Shown in pieces: positions 48,913 through 59,593 of a stretch of DNA of 64,000 nt. The position numbers were made by a program, and so were the translations under genes. The DNA is from an uncultured Methylomirabilota bacterium (lineage in GTDB: Bacteria; Methylomirabilota; Methylomirabilia; Methylomirabilales; 2-02-FULL-66-22), in the NCBI GenBank assembly GCA_963845565.1, contig CAWJSJ010000002.1, positions 1,632,001 through 1,696,000 on the forward strand, written 5' to 3'. Position 1 is the first letter of the stretch, and every line of letters starts with the position of its first letter. The notes below the pieces were generated by a model. That model was not told the DNA's origin, ran no database searches, and was given only the letters and a program-made list of their open reading frames with translations.

Positions 48913-48941
48913 ATTATAGCAAGCAAAACGCCTTCTGGCAA
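48913..48941 (-). promoter_or_regulatory. Near-consensus sigma70 promoter
   Basis: TTGCCA-17-TATAAT with an extended TG. Confidence 0.8.
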
Positions 48942-49052
48942 GACCGACCCGCTGGATGACTCGCGGGCTTGCTCGGACGATCGTGAGAAGGAATCGCGCA
49001 GATTCAATGGCCTGGAGGGGGAGTCCCGCTGAAGGTCGAGGGTGGGCGACGG

Positions 49053-49574
49053 TCACTCCGCGCTCTCGAGTGTGGCAGGCTTCTTCTTCGGGCGGGAGCC
49101 GCCCAGTTCGCGCACAGTCGCCGATGCGCGGAACCGTTCCACGTCCGGAAAGCGGAACACCACGCGCAGACGATCGGGGTTGGAAATGGGGCGGGGGAGC
49201 GAGACGATCGGCCCCAAGTCGAAGCGGTAATACAGAGTCTCCGCCCCGCCCCGTCCCGGCCAGGTCAGGCCCGGCAGGTCCCGGCGCGGCACAGTCGAGA
49301 CGCGGAGCACTACCGCGTATTCCCGAATGGCGCTCGCCTTTCTGAAGAAGGCCGACGCGCTTTCGTAAAAGGCGATGAATCCCACGACCGTCCGTGCCGC
49401 CGCGATGGCGGACACCGGGACGTGGTAGAACCGCTCGCGGTGAATGAGTTCCAGGTGCACCGGGCCACGGACCGGGCCGACCATGATCGTCGCGGTTCGT
49501 CCGCCCTCCGACACGGTGAGGACGCTCGGGCGGCGGGGGAGAGAATAGCTTGCGGAGTTCATGGCAGCACACAT
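49053..49574 (-). CDS. Hypothetical protein (FYHVP / IAFYE / YYRFDLGP motifs)
   Basis: Protein-like aromatic motifs. Start uncertain. Confidence 0.6.
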   Translation of the reverse strand: MCAAMNSASYSLPRRPSVLTVSEGGRTATIMVGPVRGPVHLELIHRERFYHVPVSAIAAARTVVGFIAFYESASAFFRKASAIREYAVVLRVSTVPRRDLPGLTWPGRGGAETLYYRFDLGPIVSLPRPISNPDRLRVVFRFPDVERFRASATVRELGGSRPKKKPATLESAE

Positions 49575-49844
49575 GCTCCGGTACCAGCCTGCCCGGCAGG
49601 CCACTGCCGTCTCGGCCGCACGGGCCACGCCGTCGAACCGTAGCACACTCCGGGCGCATTTTCCAGGTCGTCCCCGGTGGCCTCGTTCGGCGGCGGCGTG
49701 CCGAGTCCTCCGGTCGGTCAGACCTCGGATCGGCCCGCCTTGACATCGGCTCACAGCCTGTGTTAAGTCGGTACTGTCGGGATAGCTCCGAAGTGGACTC
49801 GCCCCGCAGCGGTTGACTCGTCTCACGCTCAAGGAGGTAGAGCC

Positions 49845-50825
49845 ATGCGTCGCTGGATCGGCATCACACTCGCCCTGCTCCTCACGTTTGGGATGTTCCT
49901 CGCAGCGTCACCCACGGGGGCCGAAGCGGCCTGGGCGGCCAACCGCCCCGTGCAGCTCATCTGCCCGTGGGCGGCCGGCGGCGGCACCGATCGCGTCGCC
50001 CGGATGGTAGGTATCCTGCTCGAAAAAGAGCTTGGTCAACCGGTGACGGTGGTGAACCGGACCGGCGGCGGCGGGGCCGTGGGCCACACGTCGGGCGCCA
50101 CGGCGACCCCGGATGGCCACACGCTCACCATCGTGACCGTCGAGCTGGCCATGATGCACTGGATGGGACTCACGCCGATCACTTACAAAGAGTTCACGCC
50201 GGTCACCCTGGTGAACATCGACGCGGCTGGGGTGCAGGTGGCGGAGAACTCCGAATGGAAAACGCTGAAGCAGCTCCTGGACTACGTGAAGGCGAACCCC
50301 GGGAAGGCTAAGGCCTCCGGGACGGCCAAGGGCGGGATCTGGGATCTGGCCCGCGCCGGCATGCTGAAGACCGCCGGGATTCCCGTGGACGCCATGCCAT
50401 GGGTGCCCAGCACCGGCGCGGCGACCGGCCTGCAGGAGCTGGCGGCTGGCGGCGTACAGGTGGTGACCTCCAGCCTGGTCGAGGGCCGCTCCATGATCGA
50501 CGCCAAGAAGGTCCGCGCGCTGGCCAACATGGCGGACGCCCGCGATCCGGTCTTCCCGGACGTGCCGACCTTGAAGGAACAGGGTCTGAACTGGACCATG
50601 GGCGCCTGGCGCGGCTTCGCGCTGCCCAAGGGGACGTCGCCAGAGATCACCGACGTCTACTCGAAGGCCATGGACAAGATCGTGAAGAGCAAGGATTTCC
50701 TGGACTTCATGGCGGGCGGCCCCTTCGGCATCCTGTATAAGCCGGCGGCGGAGTTCGGCAAGTTCCTGGCGGAGCAGGATGCGACGTTCGGTATCCTGAT
50801 GAAAGAGGCGGGGATCACGAAGTAG
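49845..50825 (+). CDS. tctC: Tripartite tricarboxylate transporter substrate-binding protein TctC
   Basis: PWAAGGGTD, VNRTGGGG, PDVPTLKE. Confidence 0.93.
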   Translation: MRRWIGITLALLLTFGMFLAASPTGAEAAWAANRPVQLICPWAAGGGTDRVARMVGILLEKELGQPVTVVNRTGGGGAVGHTSGATATPDGHTLTIVTVELAMMHWMGLTPITYKEFTPVTLVNIDAAGVQVAENSEWKTLKQLLDYVKANPGKAKASGTAKGGIWDLARAGMLKTAGIPVDAMPWVPSTGAATGLQELAAGGVQVVTSSLVEGRSMIDAKKVRALANMADARDPVFPDVPTLKEQGLNWTMGAWRGFALPKGTSPEITDVYSKAMDKIVKSKDFLDFMAGGPFGILYKPAAEFGKFLAEQDATFGILMKEAGITK

Positions 50826-50838
50826 CCCCGATCCGGAT

Positions 50839-51311
50839 ATGAAGATCAGCGACACCGTGGTGGGCGCCGGCTTCGTCACAGCCGGCGCCCTCATCATCGC
50901 CGGGACATTGAACTATCCGAGCCTGGATGGCGGGCATCCGGGGCCGTCGCTCTTTCCCCGCATCCTGGGGGGACTGATGGCCACCTTCGGCGGCCTGGTC
51001 GGCGCTGAAGGGTCTGCGGACCGGAGATACCAACCAGGACGTGGAATGGCTCCTGCTCCACAAGAGCACCGGCTTCATCAACGCCGTGTTTGTCCTGGTG
51101 GGGGTGGTGGCGTACATTCTCCTGGTGGAGACGCGTCGGGTTTCTTTTGATGGGAGCGCTGCTGCTGTTCGCCGTGATGTGGCGCCTTAAGGTTCCGGCC
51201 GCTGAAGGCGCGATCGTGGCGGTCGTGTTCACCGGGATCGTCCACTTCCTGTTCGCGAAGATCATGCGGGTGCCGCTGCCCATGGGCATTCGTCTGGTGG
51301 TAGGGCGATGA
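50839..51311 (+). CDS. tctB: TctB small membrane subunit (frameshifted)
   Basis: PGPSLFP near the N-terminus, LF..IMRVPLP at the C-terminus, split across frames. Confidence 0.8.
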
Positions 51312-52809
51312 TCGATCATATTTGGAGCGCCCTGGTGATGCTGTCGAGCTGGAACCTCATCCTCACCATCACCATCTGCAGCGTCTACGGGCTGTTCGTC
51401 GGCGCCGTGCCAGGCCTCACCGCCACCATGGCGGCGGCGCTGCTCGTGCCCTTCACCTTCTTCATGGACCCGCTGCCGGCTCTGGTGGCCATCGTGACGA
51501 TGGAGGCCATGGCCATCTTCGCCGGTGACATTCCGGCAGCCTTGGTGCGCATCCCGGGCACGCCGTCCTCCGCGGCCTACACCGACGACTCGTACGAGCT
51601 CACGAAGCAGGGCAAGGTGGAGCTGGTTCTCGGTGTGGATGTCGTCACGTCCGCCATCGGGGGCCTGATGGGCGCGGTGGTCCTCATGACCTCCGCCCCG
51701 CTGTTGGCCGAGGTGGCCCTGACGTTCACCTCTTTCGAGTACTTCTGGCTGGCGGCCTTGGGCCTGTCGGCCACGGTCATGATCGCCAGTACCGATCCGT
51801 TGAAGGCCGGCCTGGCCCTCTGGTGGGGCTCTTCCTCTCGACGGTGGGGCTGGACATCACGCTGGGGTTCCCGCGGTTCACCTTCGGCAGCATTGAACTG
51901 CTCAACGGTGTGGATTTCATCCCGGCCATGATCGGCCTCTTCGGCGTGTCCGAGATTTTGCGGAACATGGGCAGCTCCCACCTGCAGTATCCGATCACGT
52001 CCGTCAAGGCGGAGGGTATCTTCAAGGGGGTCGCCAAGACGCTCTGGAAGTACAAGACGAACATGGTGCGGTCGGGGGCCATCGGCACCTTCATCGGGAT
52101 CCTGCCGGGGGCAGGTGCCGACATCGCGGCCTGGATCGCCTACGCGGCCTCTAAGCGATTCTCCAAAGAGCCGGAACTGTACGGGAAGGGAGCCATCGAG
52201 CCGATCGTGGACGCCGGCACGGCCAATAATGCCTGCCTGGCGGGGGACTGGGTTCCCGCTCTGGTGTTCGGGATCCCCGGAGACTCCATCACGGCCATCG
52301 TCATCGGGGTCCTGTTCATGAAGGGGCTCCGCCCTGGGCCGATGATCTTCGAGCAGCAGCCGGAGCTGGTGTATGCGGTCTACATCTCGTTCATCATCGC
52401 CAACATCCTGATGGTGCCTTTCGGGTATCTCGCCATCAAGGTGAGCGGTACCATGTTGAAGGTGCCGCGCAACATTCTGATGCCGGCGATCCTCATGTTC
52501 TGCATCGTGGGATCGTTCGCCATCAACAACAGCTTCTTCGATGTGGGGCTGATGCTGGCGATGGGAATTCTGGGCTACTTTTTTGAGAACAACGGTATCC
52601 CTGTGGCGCCGATCGTCCTGGGGATGGTTCTGGGTCCCATCGTCGAGCAGAACTTCATGGTCAGCATGATCAAGACCCAGTGGGACCTCACTCAGTTCGT
52701 GACCCGACCCACTGCGGCGATCCTGGCTGGGCTGACCATTTTAACCTGGCTGGCGCCGTTCTTGCCGACGATCGTGCGACGGTTGCGGGGCGGGAGCACG
52801 CCGGCCTGA
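51308..52809 (+). CDS. tctA: TctA large membrane subunit (frameshift near 51820)
   Basis: GAVPGLTA, IPGTPSS, GILPGAG, FGIPGD. Confidence 0.9.
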
Positions 52810-52884
52810 GCGGACGCGACAGGCACATTCAGAGGGCCGCGACGCCGCTCCGGACGACGACACCCGGAGCGGCGTCGCGGTTTC

Positions 52885-53430
52885 TCAGGGTGCTATTGAG
52901 AAGAGTTCGGCGAGGACGGTCTGGTACGCACGGTACGCGACCTGTCCGAAAAGGACAAAGCGAACGAGGGTGATTTCGGGGTGTGCCCGGAGGAAGTCAG
53001 CGACGGTCGTCAGGGCAACGCGTGCCGCCTCGGCGATCGGGTAACCGTACGCTCCGGTACTGATGGACGGGAAGGCCACTGTCTGGCTGCCGCGCGCGGC
53101 TGCCAGGTGCAGGCTGTTCCGGTAGGCGCTGGCGAGTAACTCGGCCTCGCCGTGCTTGCCGTCTCGATAGATCGGTCCGACGGTGTGGATCACCCATCTG
53201 GCGGCCAGACGGCCGCCGCCGGTGATGCGCGCGTCCCCCGTCGGGCAGCCGCCGATCTTGCGACACTCCTCCAGGATCTGAGGGCCGCCGGCGCGGTGTA
53301 TGGCGCCGTCCACGCCGCCTCCGCCCAGGAGGCTGGAATTGGCGGCGTTCACGATGGCCTCGGTATCCTGCTTGGTGATGTCGCCTTCGACGAGCTCAAG
53401 CGTGGACGTACCGATCATCACGCTGCGCAT
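52885..53430 (-). CDS. Macro-domain O-acetyl-ADP-ribose deacetylase (YmdB-like)
   Basis: GDIT, VNAAN..LGGGGVDGAIH, FPSISTGAYGYP. Confidence 0.94.
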   Translation of the reverse strand: MRSVMIGTSTLELVEGDITKQDTEAIVNAANSSLLGGGGVDGAIHRAGGPQILEECRKIGGCPTGDARITGGGRLAARWVIHTVGPIYRDGKHGEAELLASAYRNSLHLAAARGSQTVAFPSISTGAYGYPIAEAARVALTTVADFLRAHPEITLVRFVLFGQVAYRAYQTVLAELFSIAP

Positions 53431-53441
53431 GGCGCACCTTC

Positions 53442-53477
53442 TCGAATTTCGAATTTCGAATTTCGAAATTCGAATTC
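53442..53477. repeat. (TCGAATT)n heptamer array
   Basis: About five units between two genes. Confidence 0.85.
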
Positions 53478-53484
53478 TTTCCGA

Positions 53485-54281
53485 CTACCTGATCCACTTC
53501 TGCTGCAGTCGGGCAAGATCCCCCTTCAGCTTGGCCAGATCCATCCAGAGATTGACGTAGTGGATCCAGTTCTGGTCGTCGCGCGGCATGAGGTAGCCGA
53601 AATCGTCCTTGGTGTAGGTATTCTCGGGGTCAACCGCGTAGAGACGGGGCTCCGCCTTGGACACGATCATGGCCTCGATGTTGTCGGTGATCATGACGTC
53701 CACTTCCCCGGCGACGATTTTCTCGGGGATGCTCAGATTCCGCTCGATCACGACCACCGTGGCCTTCTTGATGTTGGCGTCCACGAAGCGCTGGTTGGTC
53801 CCGCCGGGATTCACGCCGATCTTCACGCCGGGCTGATCGATATCCGCCAGGGTCTTGAACCGATTCCGATCGGCGGCGCGGATCAGCGGGGACTTGCCGA
53901 CATTGATGTAGGGATGCGTCAGCGCGGCAACCTTTTGGCGGGCCAGATTCCGGGTGATCCCGCTCATGGCGATGTCGTACTGATCCTCCTGGATCCCCTT
54001 CAAGAGCGTCGGCCAGGTAGTCTTTACGAACTCCACTTTCACCCCGAGCGACTCGGCCAGGAGCTTGGCGGCGTCGATGTCATAACCTTCGTAATCGTTG
54101 GTGGCGGGATTCAGGAAGCTGAAGGGCTTGAAGTCGCCCGTGGTGCCGACGCGCAGCGTGCCCTGCTGGACGATCCGATCCAGGCGAGGGGCGGTCTGCG
54201 CCTGGGCAATACCGGCCGTGAGGAGCGCCAGGGCGAGGGCGAACACGAGGGGCAGAGGTTCCAGGGACGAAGGACTCGCAT
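53485..54281 (-). CDS. Cyclohexadienyl dehydratase-like / family 3 substrate-binding protein (signal peptide frameshifted)
   Basis: LRVGTTGDFKPFS, VNPGGTN, VMITD.IEA. Confidence 0.85.
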
Positions 54282-54344
54282 GTCCTTCCTCCTTTGTGGG
54301 TGCGCGGCATTACGTCTGAGCACAGATGGGAAACGCCCGATCGT

Positions 54345-54575
54345 TCACCGTCCCGCGCGTGGGGTGCGGGCCGACTGCCGTTCGGCCCAGCGCCGGAACC
54401 ATTGCCCGACCCGACGCTCGACCAGCTTCATGGTGAGGATGGCCAGGATGGGCAAGAGGATGAAGACCACGGGCGAACGAGCCCCGAGACGGGGTACGAC
54501 CCAGACGGCCACGGCCACGGCCAGCAGGAACGTCCCCACACCAATCCAGCGGCGGGCCCTCCGGTGATCCGTCAC
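54345..54575 (-). CDS. Small two-TM hypothetical protein
   Basis: Two hydrophobic segments and an AAGGA RBS. Confidence 0.55.
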   Translation of the reverse strand: MTDHRRARRWIGVGTFLLAVAVAVWVVPRLGARSPVVFILLPILAILTMKLVERRVGQWFRRWAERQSARTPRAGR

Positions 54576-54738
54576 GCGACGGTTCCTTACGCACGCAATG
54601 TCCGAGAAGAGAACGGTAGGGTACTCCGAACGCGGGCCGGGAGCAAGACCGGATTGGCCCAGGCCTCGACCGTTGCAGCGCGGCGGAAACCGCTTGCCAA
54701 CTTGGACTGAGTTGACTACACTACGCCCGCTTTCCGAA

Positions 54739-54814
54739 GCCGGCGTAGCTCAGTTGGTAGAGCAGCTGATTCGTAATCAGCAGGTCCTCGGTTCAAGTCC
54801 GAGCGCCGGCTCCA
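54739..54814 (+). tRNA. tRNA-Thr(CGT)
   Basis: GCCGGCG acceptor stem, anticodon loop TTCGTAA, GTTCAAGTCC T-loop, encoded CCA. Promoter TTGCCA-17-TACACT at 54694-54722. Confidence 0.97.
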
Positions 54815-55217
54815 GTTGGCCCAAACGGATGCCAACCGCTTCCACCTCTTCTCCGCGAATTGCTCCTGCGACCACACTACCGTTTCGTCCGTACGAACCG
54901 AAACCTGTCCGGGGTGTCGAGTATCCGCCCCGCTCTATAGGACCAAAGTCCGATAGACTTCCCACCTCGCCCCGCATAGACTTCCGGTTATTTTTCCGTT
55001 CCCGCCACGTTGCCTGTACCGATTCGAACCGGAGCGATGGTCGGGAGCGTTCCGCCCAGGATTGTCACGGATCGCATGGACTTTTGACGCGTAGCCGCAT
55101 AACATAGCGTTCCGGTGAGGGCAAAGACGGCACACGCGTGCCGGAAACGCACACAGGGAACCCGTCGAGGTTTGACGGGAAGACTTTGGCGCGGAATCCG
55201 ACGTCCGGATTCCGAAC

Positions 55218-55961
55218 ATGAAGGGGTGGGGCACGATGAGACACCAGGGACAGCGGCACGGACGGATTCTCGGCGGATTGGTCGTTCTCGTTCTATGCGT
55301 GATCGTGTCGGTCGTTGGCGCTCCCCGGTCTGCCAGGGCCGATGACGCCAAGGAGGCGCAGCAGCTCGTGGACAAGGCGCGCTTGACGTTCGACGCGTTC
55401 ATCGGTGACAAAGAAATGGGGCCCGCGCTGAAGGATCTCGTCAAGAAGGCGCAAGGCATTCTCGTGTATCCATCGGTCCTCCGCGGGGCCTTCATCATCG
55501 GCGCCTCCGGGGGTAGCGGAGTCTTTCTGGCCCACGACGCCAAGACCAAGAAGTGGGCCGGCCCCGCCTTCTACACCATCGGGCAGGCCAGCTTTGGTCT
55601 GCAGGCCGGCGGGGACGCGTCGGAAATCGTCCTCGTGGCGTTGACCGAACGAGGGGTATCCTCGCTCTTGGCCACGAGTGCCAAGCTCGGGGCCGATGCC
55701 TCCGTCGCTGCCGGGCCCGTCGGCGCGGGTGCGCAAGCGGCGACGCAAAACCTCAGTGCGGACATTGTCAGCTATTCGCGCTCCAAGGGAGTCTACGCGG
55801 GGGTCTCCGTCGACGGAGCGGTGGTCGCGACGCGGGATGCGTTGAACAAGGCCTACTACAAGAAGGAGGTTACCCCCACCGACATCTTGATCAAGCGCAC
55901 GGTGACGAACAAGGGCGCCGCGGGGCTGGTGCAGGCAGTGGCGAAGGCGACAGGGAAGTGA
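55218..55961 (+). CDS. Ysc84/SYLF lipid-binding domain protein
   Basis: GAFIIGASGGSGV, SFGLQAG, AAGPVG, YSRSKGVYAGVS. Confidence 0.9.
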   Translation: MKGWGTMRHQGQRHGRILGGLVVLVLCVIVSVVGAPRSARADDAKEAQQLVDKARLTFDAFIGDKEMGPALKDLVKKAQGILVYPSVLRGAFIIGASGGSGVFLAHDAKTKKWAGPAFYTIGQASFGLQAGGDASEIVLVALTERGVSSLLATSAKLGADASVAAGPVGAGAQAATQNLSADIVSYSRSKGVYAGVSVDGAVVATRDALNKAYYKKEVTPTDILIKRTVTNKGAAGLVQAVAKATGK

Positions 55962-56036
55962 CGAGGTGACGGCGCGGCAGGCGGCCCGCCGCGCGGACGT
56001 CGGCATCGCGGACATCGCAAAATGAGGAGGCAGGGC

Positions 56037-56255
56037 ATGTCCAGGTCGATACCTCACACGCTGGTCCTGCTTGCGGTGTGCGGGGTCTTGCTGTTCGGCG
56101 TTGCAGCCTGCGGCGGGGGCGGGGCCGAGGTGCGGAGTGAGGTCACCACGACTACCACCGGACAGCAGCTCATAGACCTGAAGAAGGCGCTCGACTCCGG
56201 TGCCATGACCCAGCAGGAGTACGAGAAAGAGCGGAAGAAGATTCTGTCGAAGTAG
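56037..56255 (+). CDS. Small SHOCT-domain lipoprotein
   Basis: VAAC lipobox, GQQLIDLKKALDSGAMTQQEYE. Confidence 0.85.
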   Translation: MSRSIPHTLVLLAVCGVLLFGVAACGGGGAEVRSEVTTTTTGQQLIDLKKALDSGAMTQQEYEKERKKILSK

Positions 56256-56393
56256 CGCGAGCGATTGGTACCACCCGGTTTCCTCGAACACGCGGACGTG
56301 GCACTCACGTGAGGATTCCGAAGGCGGCGATCGGCCGGTAGGCGCGGGTCACCGGGCCACCGAGCCGCGACGCGCATGGGAAGGGAGAATGGG

Positions 56394-57721
56394 ATGCGTA
56401 CTGGAGTCCCGAGGAAAGTTCTGATTGTGGCCCTGGTTTGCCTGCTCGTCGGCCTGCCGGGGGTGCCCGTCGCGAATGCGCAAGCGCCCGCGGCCGGCGA
56501 CAGTCCCCCGCCCGCCACCCTCTCGGCGCAGCAACTGGAGGACGCTGGTCGGCCGGATTGCCCTGTACCCGGACGATCTCGTGGCAATCATTCTGCCGGC
56601 GGCCACCTTCCCGCTGGACATCGTCCAGGCGGACCGGTTCCTGCAGAAGGTGAAGCAGGACAAGAACCTCAAGCCGGACGATCGTTGGGACGAGAGCGTC
56701 CGGAATCTCGTCAACTACCCCGAGGTCATCGGCATGATGAGCGGGGACCTCGACTGGACCCAGGACCTGGGCGAGGCGGTGGTGAGCCAGCAAGTCCGAT
56801 GTCCTGAAGGCCATCCAGGCCTTCCGGGCCAAGGCGGCGTCCGCCGGCAACCTCAAGTCGGACGACAAGCAGCTCATCGTCGAGGAGAACAATGTCATCC
56901 AGATCGTCCCGGCCGACCCCGAGGTGATCTACGTGCCCCAGTACCAGCCCAGCACGGTGGTCGTCCAGCAAGCGGCGCCGGTCTACGGCTACTACCCGGC
57001 CCCATACCCCAGCTATTACTATCCCTATCCCTACGGTGCGGGACTCGCGTTGGCCGGGGGCTTCGCCCTCGGGGCGGCGACGGCCTATGCGTGCAACTGG
57101 GGCGGCGGCAATGTCGAGAACAACGTCAACATCAACAATACCAAGAACATGAACACGAATCGGAACAACCAGCAGATTCAGCAGAAGACCAACCAGGCCC
57201 GGCAGCGGGCGGATCAGGCCGGGGCGCAACGTGGCGGCCAGGCGAGCCAGACGGGCCGCGGCCAGGGCGGAGGCAACAAGTGGCAGTCCCAGAAGAAGCC
57301 GGGCGAGGTCAGTCAGGGTCGCTCCTCGCGCCAGACGGCCCAGGCGCGGCCCGGGAGTAGCGCGAGTGGCGGCGCGTCCCGAGGCGATGCCTTCGGCGGC
57401 GGCGGGCGCGGATCGGACGCGGCGCGGGATTCCAGCCGCGGGGCGGAGAGCCGCGGCGGCGGCGCCAGCGCCTCCACCATGGATCGGGGTGGCGGCGGCG
57501 GGTCTCGCGGCGGCGCCAGCGCCTCCACCATGGATCGCGGCGGCAGCAGTTCCCGCGGCGGCAGCAGCGGCTTCTCCGGCGGCAGCAGCGGCGGGTCTCG
57601 GGGCGGCAGCAGCGGCGGCTTCTCCGGAGGTGGTGGCGGCTCCCGGGGTGGCGGCGGTGGCGGTGGCGGCGGCTCCCGGGGCGGTGGCGGCGGGCGGGGT
57701 GGTGGCGGCGGGCGCCGGTGA
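56394..57721 (+). CDS. DUF3300-type exported protein with Gly/Arg-rich tail (two frameshifts)
   Basis: LVGRIALYPDDL, WDESV, WTQDLG, IYVPQY, then an RGG/SRGG low-complexity tail. Confidence 0.85.
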
Positions 57722-57832
57722 TCATACACGCCGGTGCACGGTACTTACTCCCCATGTAGCAACGCGCGTGAACACAGCGACGCTTCGCGATGCACGACAA
57801 CCCGCCCAACGGCCGGGGACGTTCAGGAGGAG

Positions 57833-58777
57833 ATGATGATGCACAGGACAACGCACAACAGCGGTTCCAGGGGGCTGGGAGCGATCTTGGTCGTCCTGTT
57901 AGGGGTGCTGGCGCTCGGGGGGCCGGCGCAGGCCGCCACCGCCGAGCCCCAAATGCGCTTCGGGACGCCGGAAGCCGCCGTGGAGGTCCTGCTCACGGCG
58001 CTCAAGAATAGCGACGATGGCACGCTGGCCACGTTGTTCGGGGCGGAGTATGCCGGCCACCTGCTCTCGAAGGACAAAGTCGCCGCCCGGGAGGACCGGA
58101 CGCGCCTCTACGAGGCGGCCCAGAAAAAGTGGACGCTCCGGAAGGATACCGCCGACCTGGCCATCCTCGTCATCGGCGAGTACGACTGGCCGTTCCCTAT
58201 CCCCCTGGTCCGGAGCGGCACAGACTGGCGGTTCTACACCGCTCAAGGGATTGAGGAGATAATAAATCGGCGCATCGGCCGGAACGAACTCAACGCGATC
58301 AGGGTCTCCCGGTACTTCATCTGGGCGCAGCGCGAGTACGCGAGCAAGATTCGGGATGGGCGCGACGTGCGGCAGTTCGCCCAGCGGCTTGCGAGCACTC
58401 CCGGCAAACAGGACGGGCTGTACTGGGATCCCGCGGTCGCCAACGGTGAAGAGAGCCCCTTCGGCCCGTACGTCGCGGAGTTCCTCAAGTCCGGCCGCAA
58501 GTCTGGCGAGCCGTACTACGGCTATTTCTTCCGGATCCTGACCCGCCAGGGCAAAAATGCCCCTGGCGGCCGGTACAACTTTGTGATCAACGGGAACATG
58601 ATCGGCGGCTTTGCCATGGTGGCCTTCCCCGCCGAGTACGGGAACACCGGGATCATGACCTTCCTCGTCAGCCACCACGGAAAGGTGTCCCAGAAGGACC
58701 TCGGGCCTCGGACAGCCGAGATTGCGAAGGCGATGCAGGAGTACAATCCGGACGCGACCTGGACGGAGGTGCGGTAG
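57833..58777 (+). CDS. DUF2950-type exported protein
   Basis: WPFPIPLV, RRIGRNEL, DGLYW, PYYGY, PAEYGNTGIMTF. Usual partner of DUF3300. Confidence 0.88.
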   Translation: MMMHRTTHNSGSRGLGAILVVLLGVLALGGPAQAATAEPQMRFGTPEAAVEVLLTALKNSDDGTLATLFGAEYAGHLLSKDKVAAREDRTRLYEAAQKKWTLRKDTADLAILVIGEYDWPFPIPLVRSGTDWRFYTAQGIEEIINRRIGRNELNAIRVSRYFIWAQREYASKIRDGRDVRQFAQRLASTPGKQDGLYWDPAVANGEESPFGPYVAEFLKSGRKSGEPYYGYFFRILTRQGKNAPGGRYNFVINGNMIGGFAMVAFPAEYGNTGIMTFLVSHHGKVSQKDLGPRTAEIAKAMQEYNPDATWTEVR

Positions 58778-58922
58778 AGGACTGCGGAAGGGATCAGGCG
58801 ATCTGGTCGACTCGGAATCGAGACGAGTCAAGTAAGGTTGTGGAGACCGTGGCCTGTTCGAGCCGGATCAGCCGAAGTTGCCAAGCTGCCAGGTACGCCA
58901 AGAATGGGAGGCTCCATGGCGA

Positions 58923-59481
58923 ATGGTTGTCGTCGCTGTGTCCCGGCAGGCGTGCTCCGTCTTCACGGCGCTTGTCGCCCTGGCCGGCTGCGCCAGCTTG
59001 GCGGTCAACCCGTGCGATACCATCGAGGATCGCGACGGGAAGTACTTCGGCCGCTTCTTTCTGGGGGTCGCCACGCTCGGCCTCTCCGAGGTGACCATCC
59101 AGCAGGAGGAGGTCCGCCAGGCCTACCAGGGCTCGCCCGGCTGTCCCCCCCCGCCAGGGGTGCGGGTCGTCACGGCGCCCAAACCGGCTGCCGCCAGCGC
59201 CCCATCCGCCGCCGTGGGCACCCTGGTGAACGGGACGCGCTGGACGATCGGCCTCTACCTGAACCAGGATCCCGGTGCCCCCGGCGTGGCGCCCTTCGCC
59301 ATCCTGCGGCCCGAGCGGCAACCTCCAGGTGGCCTTCCGCCCCGGCCAGCATTCCATGCTGGCCCGCCCGACCGGCGCCCCGCCCGGGACCTTGCCCTCG
59401 GTGCAGTGGAGCCGCCAGTTCGAGATCGATCCCCGGGTGCGGGGCTTCAAGCTGCAGTTCAACGAGGCGGATTTCAAGTAG
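58923..59481 (+). CDS. Hypothetical lipoprotein (frameshift near 59320)
   Basis: LAGC lipobox and a GVATLGLSE motif. Confidence 0.6.
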
Positions 59482-59593
59482 GGGCAGCGGGCAGCGGCGA
59501 CGGCGCGCGATCAGCAGTCGGGAGTACGGAGAATGTGGAATCGCCGATCGGTGTCGCAGCGCGAGTGAGTTGTCCCCCCAAATCGAGGTGTGT

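Noticed and set aside
55117..55190. GGGCAAA...hairpin...CGCA leader resembling a c-di-GMP-I riboswitch
   Set aside because: The loop is ACGC rather than GNRA, and the GCAAAC/GCAAAG motifs and receptor are missing. An Rfam scan would settle it.
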